A program made the translations under genes and the position numbers. A DNA stretch of 64,000 nucleotides from an uncultured Bacteroidales bacterium (GTDB taxonomy: Bacteria > Bacteroidota > Bacteroidia > Bacteroidales > UBA10428), in the NCBI GenBank assembly GCA_964615995.1, contig CAZTSR010000011.1:11228-75227 (forward strand). Direction: 5' to 3'. The notes under the pieces were generated by a model. It was given only the letters and a program-made list of their open reading frames with translations. It had not been told where the DNA came from and made no database searches. This document shows, piece by piece, positions 10,099 to 18,882 of this stretch. Position 1 is the stretch's first letter, and every line of letters starts with the position of its first letter.

Positions 10099-13000
10099 AT
10101 GAAAAAATCTTTCTTGGGGGTTCCCTTTTACAACCGTCAGGAAGTAACTTTGGTACTTCTGGTATCTATTCTTGCATTGCTGCTGGGTGCCTTTTTTTCT
10201 CTGTTTTCCATTGGTGCACATGTGCTGTTTTTGCAATCCTGGAAACCTGAACAACTTCCCCAGGCATTTATCATATCCGGGATTTTTGGAGCCGGATTCT
10301 TTTCTGCATATGGTGCCTTGAGCAGCCGGATGGGCTTCCGCAGGGTTTCTTTTCTGTTCCTTTTTGTTATTGCTGTAATTTGCGTCTCTTTATTCTTTTT
10401 CCATGATTATCTGATCGGGGTTCGCGTATTCGGTCTTTCATTGATGCTGCCTTTTACCCTGTGCATGCCGTTTACTTTTTTCATCGCAGTGTTTTTCCGG
10501 AGATTCACACTTCATGTATTCACCCCTTATCAGCACAGACGTTTTAATCCCATCACACGCGCCGCCTTTGTTGCAGGAATCATCGGATCGGGCTATTTGT
10601 TAGTACTCGCCCTTTTCATTTCATGGGACATATTGTATATTTTGGCATTAGATGCCATACTTATCTTTACAGCTATCCTGGTTTATATGATACTGAACCG
10701 GTTCAGGAAGAAGGCATCTTTTAAACACGTTCAGAGTAAAAGGGTTGCACCTTTGCGCTCCCGGTTCTATGAGCTTTTTTATACACGTTATACTTTATTA
10801 CTGCTGGGTTTTGTGGTGCTTTCCGCATTGATTGGTTTTATCATCCATTTTCATTTTGTACGCGAAACGCGGTTAAATTACCCCGACACCATAGGACTGG
10901 CAAAGTTTTTTGGCTTTTTCACCGGAACTATGTTTTTTTTCGTGTTCAGCGTTGAGCGGTTATTAGTTCGGAAAATTCTTTATGCATACGATTCTCCCTA
11001 TAGTTTGGTCATTGTTCCTGTGGTGATGATTCTGGCATCTGTCGCTGCCCTGATTGTTGACTTGCTGGTCGGACAATCGAATGCCATAGCAAGGTTTTCT
11101 TTCGGATTTCTGATGGTTGCCATGATGAAAATCGGTTATGAAACCACATTTGACGCCATTGAAATCCCTTCGTTACGTGTACTCTACAGAACCCTTGATC
11201 TGAGATTTTTAACCTCCATCAAACCCAGGCTGGAGGGTTCCTTCCGGATGGTATCACTTGTAATTGCAGGGTTGCTGATCAGCGGCTTTATGTTTATGAA
11301 TCTGAACCGAAGTTTGCATATAAATTTAATGATTCTGGTTTTGACCCTGATATGGTTTCCATTAGGCATTTTTCTGGTAAAAGCATATCAGGACGCACTC
11401 CGTGAATACATTCGAAGACTTCGGGCAAGTAAAAGGACAATCCGTCAGGACACCCAGAATATTGATGAAAAATCACATGCGCTCATTAACAACAATGATC
11501 CCTATAAATCCATCAATACATTATCTGTTATTGAAAGGCTTGAACCATTGACTCATCAGAAACACCTGGCATCGTTGCTTAAAACGGAATCCGTTCCACT
11601 CAAAAAATACCTGCTTGAACGCATTGATAGCAATGCATTATTTAGTTTTCTGCCTAATCTGAAAGAGCTTCAAATATCAGATCTTAAGCAGCAAAATGGC
11701 AGCCTGTCAAAGATCATCAATCGTTTTGAAATTAAGATCAATGCCGGCAGTACAAAAATGGCACTTGAAAATCTGGTAAATTCAAATACACTTACCGACA
11801 GGATATTGGCTGCTGAAATCATCGGAAATAGTGATATTAAGGGGTATGCTCCCTATCTGCTTCAGTTATCACGCGATTTTGAGCCCGAGGTAAAACTGGC
11901 TTCGATTAAGGCCATGGCGCGACTGGGGAACTCAAATCACAGTCATGTTTTAATCGGATTTCTTACCACTTCTGTTTACTATCCTTATGCCTTTGAAGCC
12001 TTGGTGAAAATTGGGGAACCCGCTATTCCGTTCATGGAAGAGTGTTTTCTTTTGCCCGACGTGGAAGATATTCTGCTCCTGAGAATTGTAAGAATTTACG
12101 GAAAAATCGGAACCCAAACAGCTATTGATGCCCTGCTTGCAAAAATTGAAAACCAGAATCGTGCTGTTTCCCGTCAGTCGATGCTTGCTCTTAAAGAGGC
12201 CAAATTTCAATCATCTCCCGCCAACATAAACCGTATTCTAAATGACATTGTGCGCCTCATCAATGTTATGTCATGGAATTTCGGAGCCTATGCAAGTATT
12301 AAAAACAATCCTCATTTTGAAATGCTTCAGGAGGCCTTGTCCGAGGAACTATCCGACAATTATGAAACTCTTTACAACCTGCTTTCGCTTGCATATAATT
12401 CTACATCAATCGGGAATATCAAGCAAATGCTGAATGAGGGGAATGATACGGATATCAGTTTTGCCATTGAACTGCTTGACCAGATTGTAAATGAAGAAAT
12501 CAAGCAGGTGTTTTTCCCTGTGGTTGAAAACATTCCGGTAAATGACCGGTTTAAACAATTACAGTATTTTTTCCAGGGCATAAAAGAAGACCCTGAAAAT
12601 CTGATACAGGACATTATTACGAGGGACTTTAATCAGATATCCCTGTATGTAAAGGCTTGCGCCCTATACAGTATACTAAAGCTTAACTCAAAACAACCCG
12701 GACAAGAGGTGATTTCCAGTATATTTCATCCAAACATGTTAATTATGGAAACAGCGGCCTTTGTGGTTCACTCGCTTCAGCCGGAAATGCTTGATTCGGT
12801 ATACGACCGCCTTCCCAGGGAAAAAGTTAATGACATTAAGTTGTCATTAAGTAAAATCCACGATGGAATACCCTTCTTATTACTCGACCGTATTCATTTT
12901 ATAAGATGCTGCGAACTGCTCAGGAATATCTCAGAAGATATTCTTATTGAGATATCAAGAGCCCTGGTGGTTCATCAGATGAAGGCCGATGAAGAATTTC

Positions 13001-13263
13001 TGATAAAACGTGAAGATGTACACTTTGCATTTATGATTATCATCGATGGTATGGCCCAAATCAATATTTCTTCAGGCAAAGTATCTACCTTTGTGAAAAA
13101 TGATATAATTTACAGCGATATTTTGGTAGAGGATAACACTTATTTGCTTAAGGCACTTACTGATCTGAAATTTTACAGTCTTGAACAGGAAGTTCTTAAC
13201 GCACTGATGTTCGATCACATTGAATTTAGAGATGCTGTTCTTGAAATTATTGAAGAATCATAA
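10099..13263 (+). CDS. polytopic membrane protein (~12 TM, MFS/TLC-transporter-like) fused to HEAT-like repeats and a C-terminal cNMP-binding-like domain
   Basis: 1054-aa ORF. About 12 hydrophobic helices by eye in aa 1-430, with a K/R-rich N-terminus. An alpha-solenoid region around aa 560-700 (ILAAEIIGNSDIKGYAPYLLQLSRDFEPEVKLASIKAMARLGN...) looks like HEAT repeats. The last ~130 aa follow the CAP/cNMP beta-roll pattern (FLIKREDVHFAFMIIIDGMAQINISSGK...), but the phosphate-binding cassette is degenerate. Confidence 0.55.
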   Translation: MKKSFLGVPFYNRQEVTLVLLVSILALLLGAFFSLFSIGAHVLFLQSWKPEQLPQAFIISGIFGAGFFSAYGALSSRMGFRRVSFLFLFVIAVICVSLFFFHDYLIGVRVFGLSLMLPFTLCMPFTFFIAVFFRRFTLHVFTPYQHRRFNPITRAAFVAGIIGSGYLLVLALFISWDILYILALDAILIFTAILVYMILNRFRKKASFKHVQSKRVAPLRSRFYELFYTRYTLLLLGFVVLSALIGFIIHFHFVRETRLNYPDTIGLAKFFGFFTGTMFFFVFSVERLLVRKILYAYDSPYSLVIVPVVMILASVAALIVDLLVGQSNAIARFSFGFLMVAMMKIGYETTFDAIEIPSLRVLYRTLDLRFLTSIKPRLEGSFRMVSLVIAGLLISGFMFMNLNRSLHINLMILVLTLIWFPLGIFLVKAYQDALREYIRRLRASKRTIRQDTQNIDEKSHALINNNDPYKSINTLSVIERLEPLTHQKHLASLLKTESVPLKKYLLERIDSNALFSFLPNLKELQISDLKQQNGSLSKIINRFEIKINAGSTKMALENLVNSNTLTDRILAAEIIGNSDIKGYAPYLLQLSRDFEPEVKLASIKAMARLGNSNHSHVLIGFLTTSVYYPYAFEALVKIGEPAIPFMEECFLLPDVEDILLLRIVRIYGKIGTQTAIDALLAKIENQNRAVSRQSMLALKEAKFQSSPANINRILNDIVRLINVMSWNFGAYASIKNNPHFEMLQEALSEELSDNYETLYNLLSLAYNSTSIGNIKQMLNEGNDTDISFAIELLDQIVNEEIKQVFFPVVENIPVNDRFKQLQYFFQGIKEDPENLIQDIITRDFNQISLYVKACALYSILKLNSKQPGQEVISSIFHPNMLIMETAAFVVHSLQPEMLDSVYDRLPREKVNDIKLSLSKIHDGIPFLLLDRIHFIRCCELLRNISEDILIEISRALVVHQMKADEEFLIKREDVHFAFMIIIDGMAQINISSGKVSTFVKNDIIYSDILVEDNTYLLKALTDLKFYSLEQEVLNALMFDHIEFRDAVLEIIEES

Positions 13264-13268
13264 GAAGA

Positions 13269-14726
13269 ATGAGTTTTGAACAAGACATATTTATAGCATT
13301 TGCTCCGTCATCCGGCAATGAAAACCAGGTAACTGCTGCCTGGACAGCAAAATTTTGTGAATATTTCAGTGTCTTAATGAACCGGATTGGAGAAAAGCAA
13401 CCAGTCATTCTTCTGCATGACGATTTGCGCGTGAGGCAGTCTGTTCTGGGTGATAATCCCGGCAGTGTTTATTCTAAAACCGGTGTTTACATAGTCATCC
13501 TTTCACCTGAATATGTAAAATCCAAAACATACATGAAAGAATTAGAGGACATGTATGAATGGATTGAACGCGAAAATGGCACATCCAAAAAACAACACCG
13601 GATATTTAAGGTTTATACCCAACCCTTAACTGCCAATGAACAACCTGCCTTTTTAAAAAACGAGTTGAGCTACGATTTTTATGAAATAAACAGATATAAC
13701 AAAAAGCCCGTCACATTTGAAACGGTTGTCAAAGACAACCCCAATGAGAAATTCTGGTCGAAACTTGTAGATTTAGCTTATGATATCTCCGATGTGCTTA
13801 ACAATCTTTCAGGTTTGTCGGAAAAAAAAGCAGAAACGCCAATGCCCTCCGTGTTTCTGGCTGAAACAACCTTTGACCAAACCGAAAATCGCGACCGGCT
13901 CAAACGGGAATTACAATATCTGGGATACCATGTTTTGCCAGCCTTGCCATTGCCTGATGATGCTGAGCATGCAAAACAAGCCATTGAAAAATGCCTGGAT
14001 GAATCTGTTGTAACCATCCATCTTTTGGGAGCCTGGTATGGTGATTTTATCAAAAACTCCAAGTTGTCATCCATCGATTTTCAAATTAAAACGGTAAAAG
14101 ATTACATTGCGGCTAAAGATAAAATCCATAAACCTTATCAGATCATCTGGATACCCAACGATATTAAACCTACTGATCAAAGACAATCTCTTTATCTGAA
14201 AAGGCTTCAGAGAGATGAAGCACAATATCTTACTGAAATTATAGAAACGCCCTTTGAAGTATTCAAAACCATTTTAAATACCCGGCTGGCCGATCTTTCA
14301 AATCCCAAAAACAAACCTCTGGCTGAAAAGAATAAGCTTTATGTGATTTATGAAAAATCATCGGAAGCTGTATTTGCAGAATATAATGAAATCATGCGCA
14401 AAAGAGGTTTTGAAGTTCTGCTGCACAACAGTAACGGGGAGGACTTTTTCCCATTATCAAGCCATATCAATAATCTGTTATGTGCAGATGCTGTTCTGAT
14501 ATATAAAGGAAATAGCACCATGGAATGGTTGAACAGCAAAATCCGGGATCTGGTAAAAACACCCGGTTTTGGTAAAAATAAGTCTTTCAGGGCTATAGAA
14601 ATTATTTCAACGCAAAAAACTGCTGATAAATCCATGCTGTTTTTAAAGAATGTTCCTGTAAACTGGGATGAAGAAATAAATACCGATGTGGTGAACCATT
14701 TTTTAGATTCTCTGGTAAAGAAATGA
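13269..14726 (+). CDS. soluble protein with three tandem TIR-like / DUF4062-like modules
   Basis: 485-aa ORF with no signal peptide or TM. Module 1 (aa 1-180) has DIFIAFAPS...VILLHDDL...VYIVILSPEYVKSKTYMKELEDM, which follows the TIR pattern (DvFiS...vvlSp.y..S.WC..EL) and keeps the Glu. Module 2 (aa 194-340) has VFLAETTFDQTENRDRLKRELQYLGYHV...HLLGAWYG, resembling DUF4062. Module 3 (aa 356-485) is TIR-like without the Glu. The gene starts 5 nt after the upstream stop. Confidence 0.6.
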   Translation: MSFEQDIFIAFAPSSGNENQVTAAWTAKFCEYFSVLMNRIGEKQPVILLHDDLRVRQSVLGDNPGSVYSKTGVYIVILSPEYVKSKTYMKELEDMYEWIERENGTSKKQHRIFKVYTQPLTANEQPAFLKNELSYDFYEINRYNKKPVTFETVVKDNPNEKFWSKLVDLAYDISDVLNNLSGLSEKKAETPMPSVFLAETTFDQTENRDRLKRELQYLGYHVLPALPLPDDAEHAKQAIEKCLDESVVTIHLLGAWYGDFIKNSKLSSIDFQIKTVKDYIAAKDKIHKPYQIIWIPNDIKPTDQRQSLYLKRLQRDEAQYLTEIIETPFEVFKTILNTRLADLSNPKNKPLAEKNKLYVIYEKSSEAVFAEYNEIMRKRGFEVLLHNSNGEDFFPLSSHINNLLCADAVLIYKGNSTMEWLNSKIRDLVKTPGFGKNKSFRAIEIISTQKTADKSMLFLKNVPVNWDEEINTDVVNHFLDSLVKK

Positions 14727-17700
14727 CAGAAAACCCGATTCGAAATATAAAAACCAATACGTATACCCTGGCGAACCCGTTCCCGGGACTTCGTCCATTC
14801 AGTGTGGATGAAAGCCACCTGTTTTTTGGCCGCGAAGGACAATGTGAAATTGTATTGAGCTATCTGGCCAAAAACCGGTTTGCGGCAGTTACAGGAGCTT
14901 CAGGCAGTGGAAAATCATCGTTGATTTATTGCGGTCTGATTCCGGCATTATATGGAGGTTTCATTACCAATGCCGGTTCAAAATGGAGGATTATCACTAC
15001 ACGGCCTGGTAACAGTCCGGTTGAGAACCTGGCTGAAGCCATTGCTGATAACGATATAGCAGGCAAAAAAGAAACCGACCTTCCACTGCATAAACAAATT
15101 ATTTATACGCTCCTTCGCAGAAGTTCTTTTGGATTGGTCGACGCAGTGAAGCAAATCAAGCTCAATCCGGGCGAAAATATATTGTTGATCCTTGACCAGT
15201 TTGAAGAACTCTTTCGTTTTAAGGAAAGCCGCAAAGATATTACTGTGGTTAACGAGACGGAAGCGTACATTAAAATGCTTGTAAATGCCATCCGGCAAAA
15301 AGATCAGCCTATCTATGTAGTGCTTACGATGCGGTCGGATTTTATCGGAGAATGTTCTCAGTTCCAGGAACTCACCAGGCTTATTAATAAAAGCAATTTT
15401 CTGATACCGCAGATGACCCGGGACGATTTCAAGGAAGCTGTTACAGGTCCATTGGCCGTTGGCGGAGCTGAGATTGATCCCCTTTTGCTTCAGCATCTGC
15501 TCAATGCCATTGAGGATAAAAATGACCAGTTACCGGTTTTGCAGCATGTGATGATGCGTACCTGGGAATTCTGGACACGCAGCAACGAGATTAACGCTCC
15601 CTTACGCATGCGTGATTATGAAGTAGCAGGAAGAATAGAGAATGCATTGTCAATGCATGCTAATGAAGCTTTTGAAGAACTCACTGAAGAAGGAAAGATC
15701 ATTTGCAAAGCGGTTTTCCGTTGCCTTACTGAAAAAGGAACAGACAATAAAGGTACGCGGCATCCTGCCACCGTCCGACATATTGCAGAAATTGCCCAGG
15801 TATCCGATCAGAAAGTAATTGATGTAGTAAGCAAGTTCAGAGCCAAAGGGCGGTCTTTTCTTACCCCGGGTGACGACGTTCAAATTGATACAGATACCGT
15901 GATTGATATATCCCATGAAAGCTTGATGCGTATCTGGGATAAACTGAAATCATGGGTTGATGAAGAATTTTCTTCCGTTCAAATGTATTTAAGACTGGCT
16001 GAAGCTTCCTCCCAGTATCAGGTAGGAAAAACCGGACTCTGGCGTCCTCCCGACCTGCAATTGGCACTCAACTGGAAGAAAACTCAAAAACCTACACTCG
16101 CATGGGCCAGAAAATACAATCCGGCTTTTGAAAAGGTCATGGTATTTTTGGATGCCAGTGAGAAAAAATTCCAGCAGGAAGAACAAAACAAAGTGCGCCT
16201 GCAACGCATGGAACTGAATCGTACCCGAAAATTTGCTGTTTCCTCCCTGCTTGCTGCTGTCGCTTTTCTGTTTATTTCAGTTTGGGGCTTCCAGCAACGT
16301 GCAGATGCCATTAAACAGGCACGCGAGGCTGAATCGTCAAGAGATGAAGCTGAATACAGAAAAAAAGAAGCCGACAGTCTGCGTGTAATTGCTGAAGGAA
16401 GTGCCACACAAGCTAACATTGAAAAATGGATGGCACAGATGAATGCTGATTCTTCTGAAAAAGAAAAGACCCTGGCTTATCTGCAATCCAAAGTTGCTGA
16501 ACAGGAAATGCAAATTGCCTACCAACAAGCAGAAGAAGCGGCCATAAAGAGCGCAACCTTCCGAAAGGAGAAGGAAGAAGCTGAAAAAACTGCCGAGCAT
16601 GCTATTGAACAACAATCAGTTACTGAGCGCGAGAAAATTCAGGAACTTAAAAAGAAAATGCTTTCCATTGCGCAGACCGTTGCTGTAAAATCCATACAGG
16701 CGGAAGACAGAAACCTGAAAGCTCTTCTGGCCTATCAATCTTATATTTTTAACCGCGACTATGACGGTCAATCCGATCATCCTGACACATACAATGCTCT
16801 GTATGGTGCCTTATGTGCATTTAACGGAGAAAATTACAATAACTTATCCGGACATATTGGTTCCGTGAAATCCATCGCTTTTCTTCCTTCATCCAACATA
16901 TTTTATAGTTCCGGCGTAGATGGCAAAATTTTGCGCTGGGATTTGGGAAGCAATGTGAAATCATACCGTACACTCATCAGCAACCCGTTTAACCGGTGTA
17001 TGGCCATTAGTCCAAATGGCCGGTGGCTTGCAAATGCAACTCCCACCTCAGGAATCCAGCTCTTTAATCTCAATACCAACAACCAGCCCGAATTGCTTCA
17101 GGGACATAAAAGCTGGATTGGCGTTCTGGCATTTACGCCTGACAGCAAGGGCCTGTTTTCTGCAAGTAATGACAAAACCATTATGTACTGGGATCTTGTA
17201 AACGGAGGAAATTCACAATTTATCTCTTTGCCTACAACCACCGTAAGATGTCTGGCTGTTTCCCCTGTGGGAAGATATCTTTTCGGAGGCACAGACGACG
17301 GCCGTCTGATTCGCTGGAATATCGATACCAAAGAAGAAACTGTGCTCTTCAGATCCGATAAAAACACCATATTTTCTATTGCTATTAATTCCACGGGTTC
17401 CCGACTGGCTTTTGTCGATAAAAATGGTTCCTTGCGCATTTTGGATGCGAGAAATAACAACATCATACGGACAATTGCTGCCCATTCCGTTCGTATTATG
17501 GATGTTAAATTCAGTCCGGACGATAAGCAAATTGCAACGTGCAGCTGGGATAAAACTGTTAAAATCTGGGATGCCATTAACTTAGGCAACAGGCCGATTA
17601 CCATTAACAAACATGAAAAATGGGCGCTGTCTGTAGCTTTCAGTCCCGATGGGAAATATCTGATTTCATCAGGTGAAGATGGCAAAATATACTATTGGCC

Positions 17701-17824
17701 TGCTCATGCCTCACAAATGGCCGACCAGATGTGCGGCAGAACAAACCGAAACCTGACCCAGCGGGAATGGGAATCCTATATCGGATATGATATCAACTAC
17801 CAAAAAACCTGTTCTAACAAATAA
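14723..17824 (+). CDS. STAND-type P-loop NTPase - TM helix - coiled coil - 7x WD40 protein
   Basis: 1033-aa ORF. Walker A is AVTGASGSGKSSL, preceded by FFGRE, and Walker B is ILLILDQFEELF. One hydrophobic helix (FAVSSLLAAVAFLFISVWGF, nt ~16231-16293) has R/K clustered on its N-side. A coiled coil of ~150 aa rich in E, K, A and Q follows, then seven WD40 units (GH...WD-type), then a RNLTQREWESYIG tail. The start overlaps the upstream stop (ATGA at 14723-14726). Confidence 0.75.
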   Translation: MTENPIRNIKTNTYTLANPFPGLRPFSVDESHLFFGREGQCEIVLSYLAKNRFAAVTGASGSGKSSLIYCGLIPALYGGFITNAGSKWRIITTRPGNSPVENLAEAIADNDIAGKKETDLPLHKQIIYTLLRRSSFGLVDAVKQIKLNPGENILLILDQFEELFRFKESRKDITVVNETEAYIKMLVNAIRQKDQPIYVVLTMRSDFIGECSQFQELTRLINKSNFLIPQMTRDDFKEAVTGPLAVGGAEIDPLLLQHLLNAIEDKNDQLPVLQHVMMRTWEFWTRSNEINAPLRMRDYEVAGRIENALSMHANEAFEELTEEGKIICKAVFRCLTEKGTDNKGTRHPATVRHIAEIAQVSDQKVIDVVSKFRAKGRSFLTPGDDVQIDTDTVIDISHESLMRIWDKLKSWVDEEFSSVQMYLRLAEASSQYQVGKTGLWRPPDLQLALNWKKTQKPTLAWARKYNPAFEKVMVFLDASEKKFQQEEQNKVRLQRMELNRTRKFAVSSLLAAVAFLFISVWGFQQRADAIKQAREAESSRDEAEYRKKEADSLRVIAEGSATQANIEKWMAQMNADSSEKEKTLAYLQSKVAEQEMQIAYQQAEEAAIKSATFRKEKEEAEKTAEHAIEQQSVTEREKIQELKKKMLSIAQTVAVKSIQAEDRNLKALLAYQSYIFNRDYDGQSDHPDTYNALYGALCAFNGENYNNLSGHIGSVKSIAFLPSSNIFYSSGVDGKILRWDLGSNVKSYRTLISNPFNRCMAISPNGRWLANATPTSGIQLFNLNTNNQPELLQGHKSWIGVLAFTPDSKGLFSASNDKTIMYWDLVNGGNSQFISLPTTTVRCLAVSPVGRYLFGGTDDGRLIRWNIDTKEETVLFRSDKNTIFSIAINSTGSRLAFVDKNGSLRILDARNNNIIRTIAAHSVRIMDVKFSPDDKQIATCSWDKTVKIWDAINLGNRPITINKHEKWALSVAFSPDGKYLISSGEDGKIYYWPAHASQMADQMCGRTNRNLTQREWESYIGYDINYQKTCSNK
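16850..17701 (+). repeat. seven WD40 repeats (protein level) of the STAND NTPase
   Basis: Units begin GHIGSVKSIAF, NPFNRCMAISP, GHKSWIGVLAF, TTTVRCLAVSP, DKNTIFSIAIN, AHSVRIMDVKF and KHEKWALSVAF. They end in RWD, FNL, YWD, RWN, ILD, IWD and YYW. Confidence 0.8.
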
Positions 17825-17830
17825 ACTGTA

Positions 17831-18880
17831 ATGCCTTATTCAATAATCCAAAAAACCGGCCTCGTGATCGTGCTGATTCTATGCCTGAATTGGATATGGA
17901 CTTTGCCGGCCTGCGCTCAGAATGACTGCTCTACCAAAATTCAGGAGGCACAAAAGTACTATGAACAAGGTATGATTGATGAAATCCCGGCCATGCTCGG
18001 CCCGTGTATGCAGGATGGCTTTACCCGCACGCAAAAAATTGAAGCATATAAGCTGGTTATCATGTCCTATTTGCTTGATGACGATCAGTTTGAAGCGGAA
18101 CGTACCATGCTGGAATTTCTGAAGAAATATCCCGAATACGAAATCATGCCAAATGATCCCGTCGAATTTGTATATCTTTTTGAATCCTACCGGACAGCAT
18201 CTGTGTTTTCCTTTGGTATCACAGGAGGTTTGAATTTTACCGATCCCCGGATTATTGAACCTTACTCTACATCCGATCTCAATACAGCAGACCTGAAGAA
18301 TACCATGCGCGGAGGATTTCAGTTTGCACTGGGAGTCGAGCGGTACCTTAACCGTAAATTTTTGCTCAATCTTGAATTAGCATTTGCAACCAATCAATAT
18401 CAGTTTACTGATAAAATATCCACTCCTGCAAACAGCAGTACTGTGAAATACCAGGAAAAAATTGTCAAGCTGGAATTGCCCCTGACGGTTGCTTATGAAT
18501 TTACAATCAAACAAACACATCTTTTTGCCAGGGCTGGCTTTTCTGTGGCCCATCTTTCAAAGGTCACCGGGGAACCCTCGCGTGAAACTCCCGGAAATAA
18601 TCAGACCGGTGCCGATCTGGATATGTCCGGCTACCGGAAAAGCATGCTATATAGCGGGATTGTTGGTGCCGGCGTACGCTATAAAGTTCCAAGAGGAATT
18701 CTCCTTGTGGATCTCAGAGCGAATCTGGGCCTGAACAATATTGTTAAATCCGAAAAGCGGTATCAAAATCCGGAATTATACAACAAGTATTTTTATCTGG
18801 ATGATGACTTCGCCCTGAATACGTTTTCGCTGTCAGTAGGATATTATTTTTCATTTTATAGCCCCCGTAAACAACGCTGA
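17831..18880 (+). CDS. outer-membrane beta-barrel protein with an N-terminal helical (TPR-like) domain
   Basis: 349-aa ORF with a signal peptide (...LNWIWTLPACA-QND). The first ~90 aa after it are helical, the C-terminal ~220 aa alternate hydrophobic and polar residues like barrel strands, and a terminal strand reads FSLSVGYYF. It starts 6 nt after the upstream stop. Confidence 0.55.
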   Translation: MPYSIIQKTGLVIVLILCLNWIWTLPACAQNDCSTKIQEAQKYYEQGMIDEIPAMLGPCMQDGFTRTQKIEAYKLVIMSYLLDDDQFEAERTMLEFLKKYPEYEIMPNDPVEFVYLFESYRTASVFSFGITGGLNFTDPRIIEPYSTSDLNTADLKNTMRGGFQFALGVERYLNRKFLLNLELAFATNQYQFTDKISTPANSSTVKYQEKIVKLELPLTVAYEFTIKQTHLFARAGFSVAHLSKVTGEPSRETPGNNQTGADLDMSGYRKSMLYSGIVGAGVRYKVPRGILLVDLRANLGLNNIVKSEKRYQNPELYNKYFYLDDDFALNTFSLSVGYYFSFYSPRKQR

Positions 18881-18882
18881 TT

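Noticed and set aside
10933-10940. Homopolymer runs (T8 at 10933-10940 in gene A, T8 near 37197, A9 at 56637-56645), considered as phase-variation tracts
   Set aside because: The runs are short for slipped-strand switching. Two of them simply encode Phe-rich membrane segments, and I have no population data to show length variation.
14348-17685. Minus-strand ORFs of 164, 172, 195 and 105 aa (plus smaller ones) inside the TIR-like and STAND genes
   Set aside because: All of them are antisense to long plus-strand frames with clear P-loop, WD40 and TIR-like motifs. Long antisense ORFs are expected in frames that are poor in stop-complement codons.
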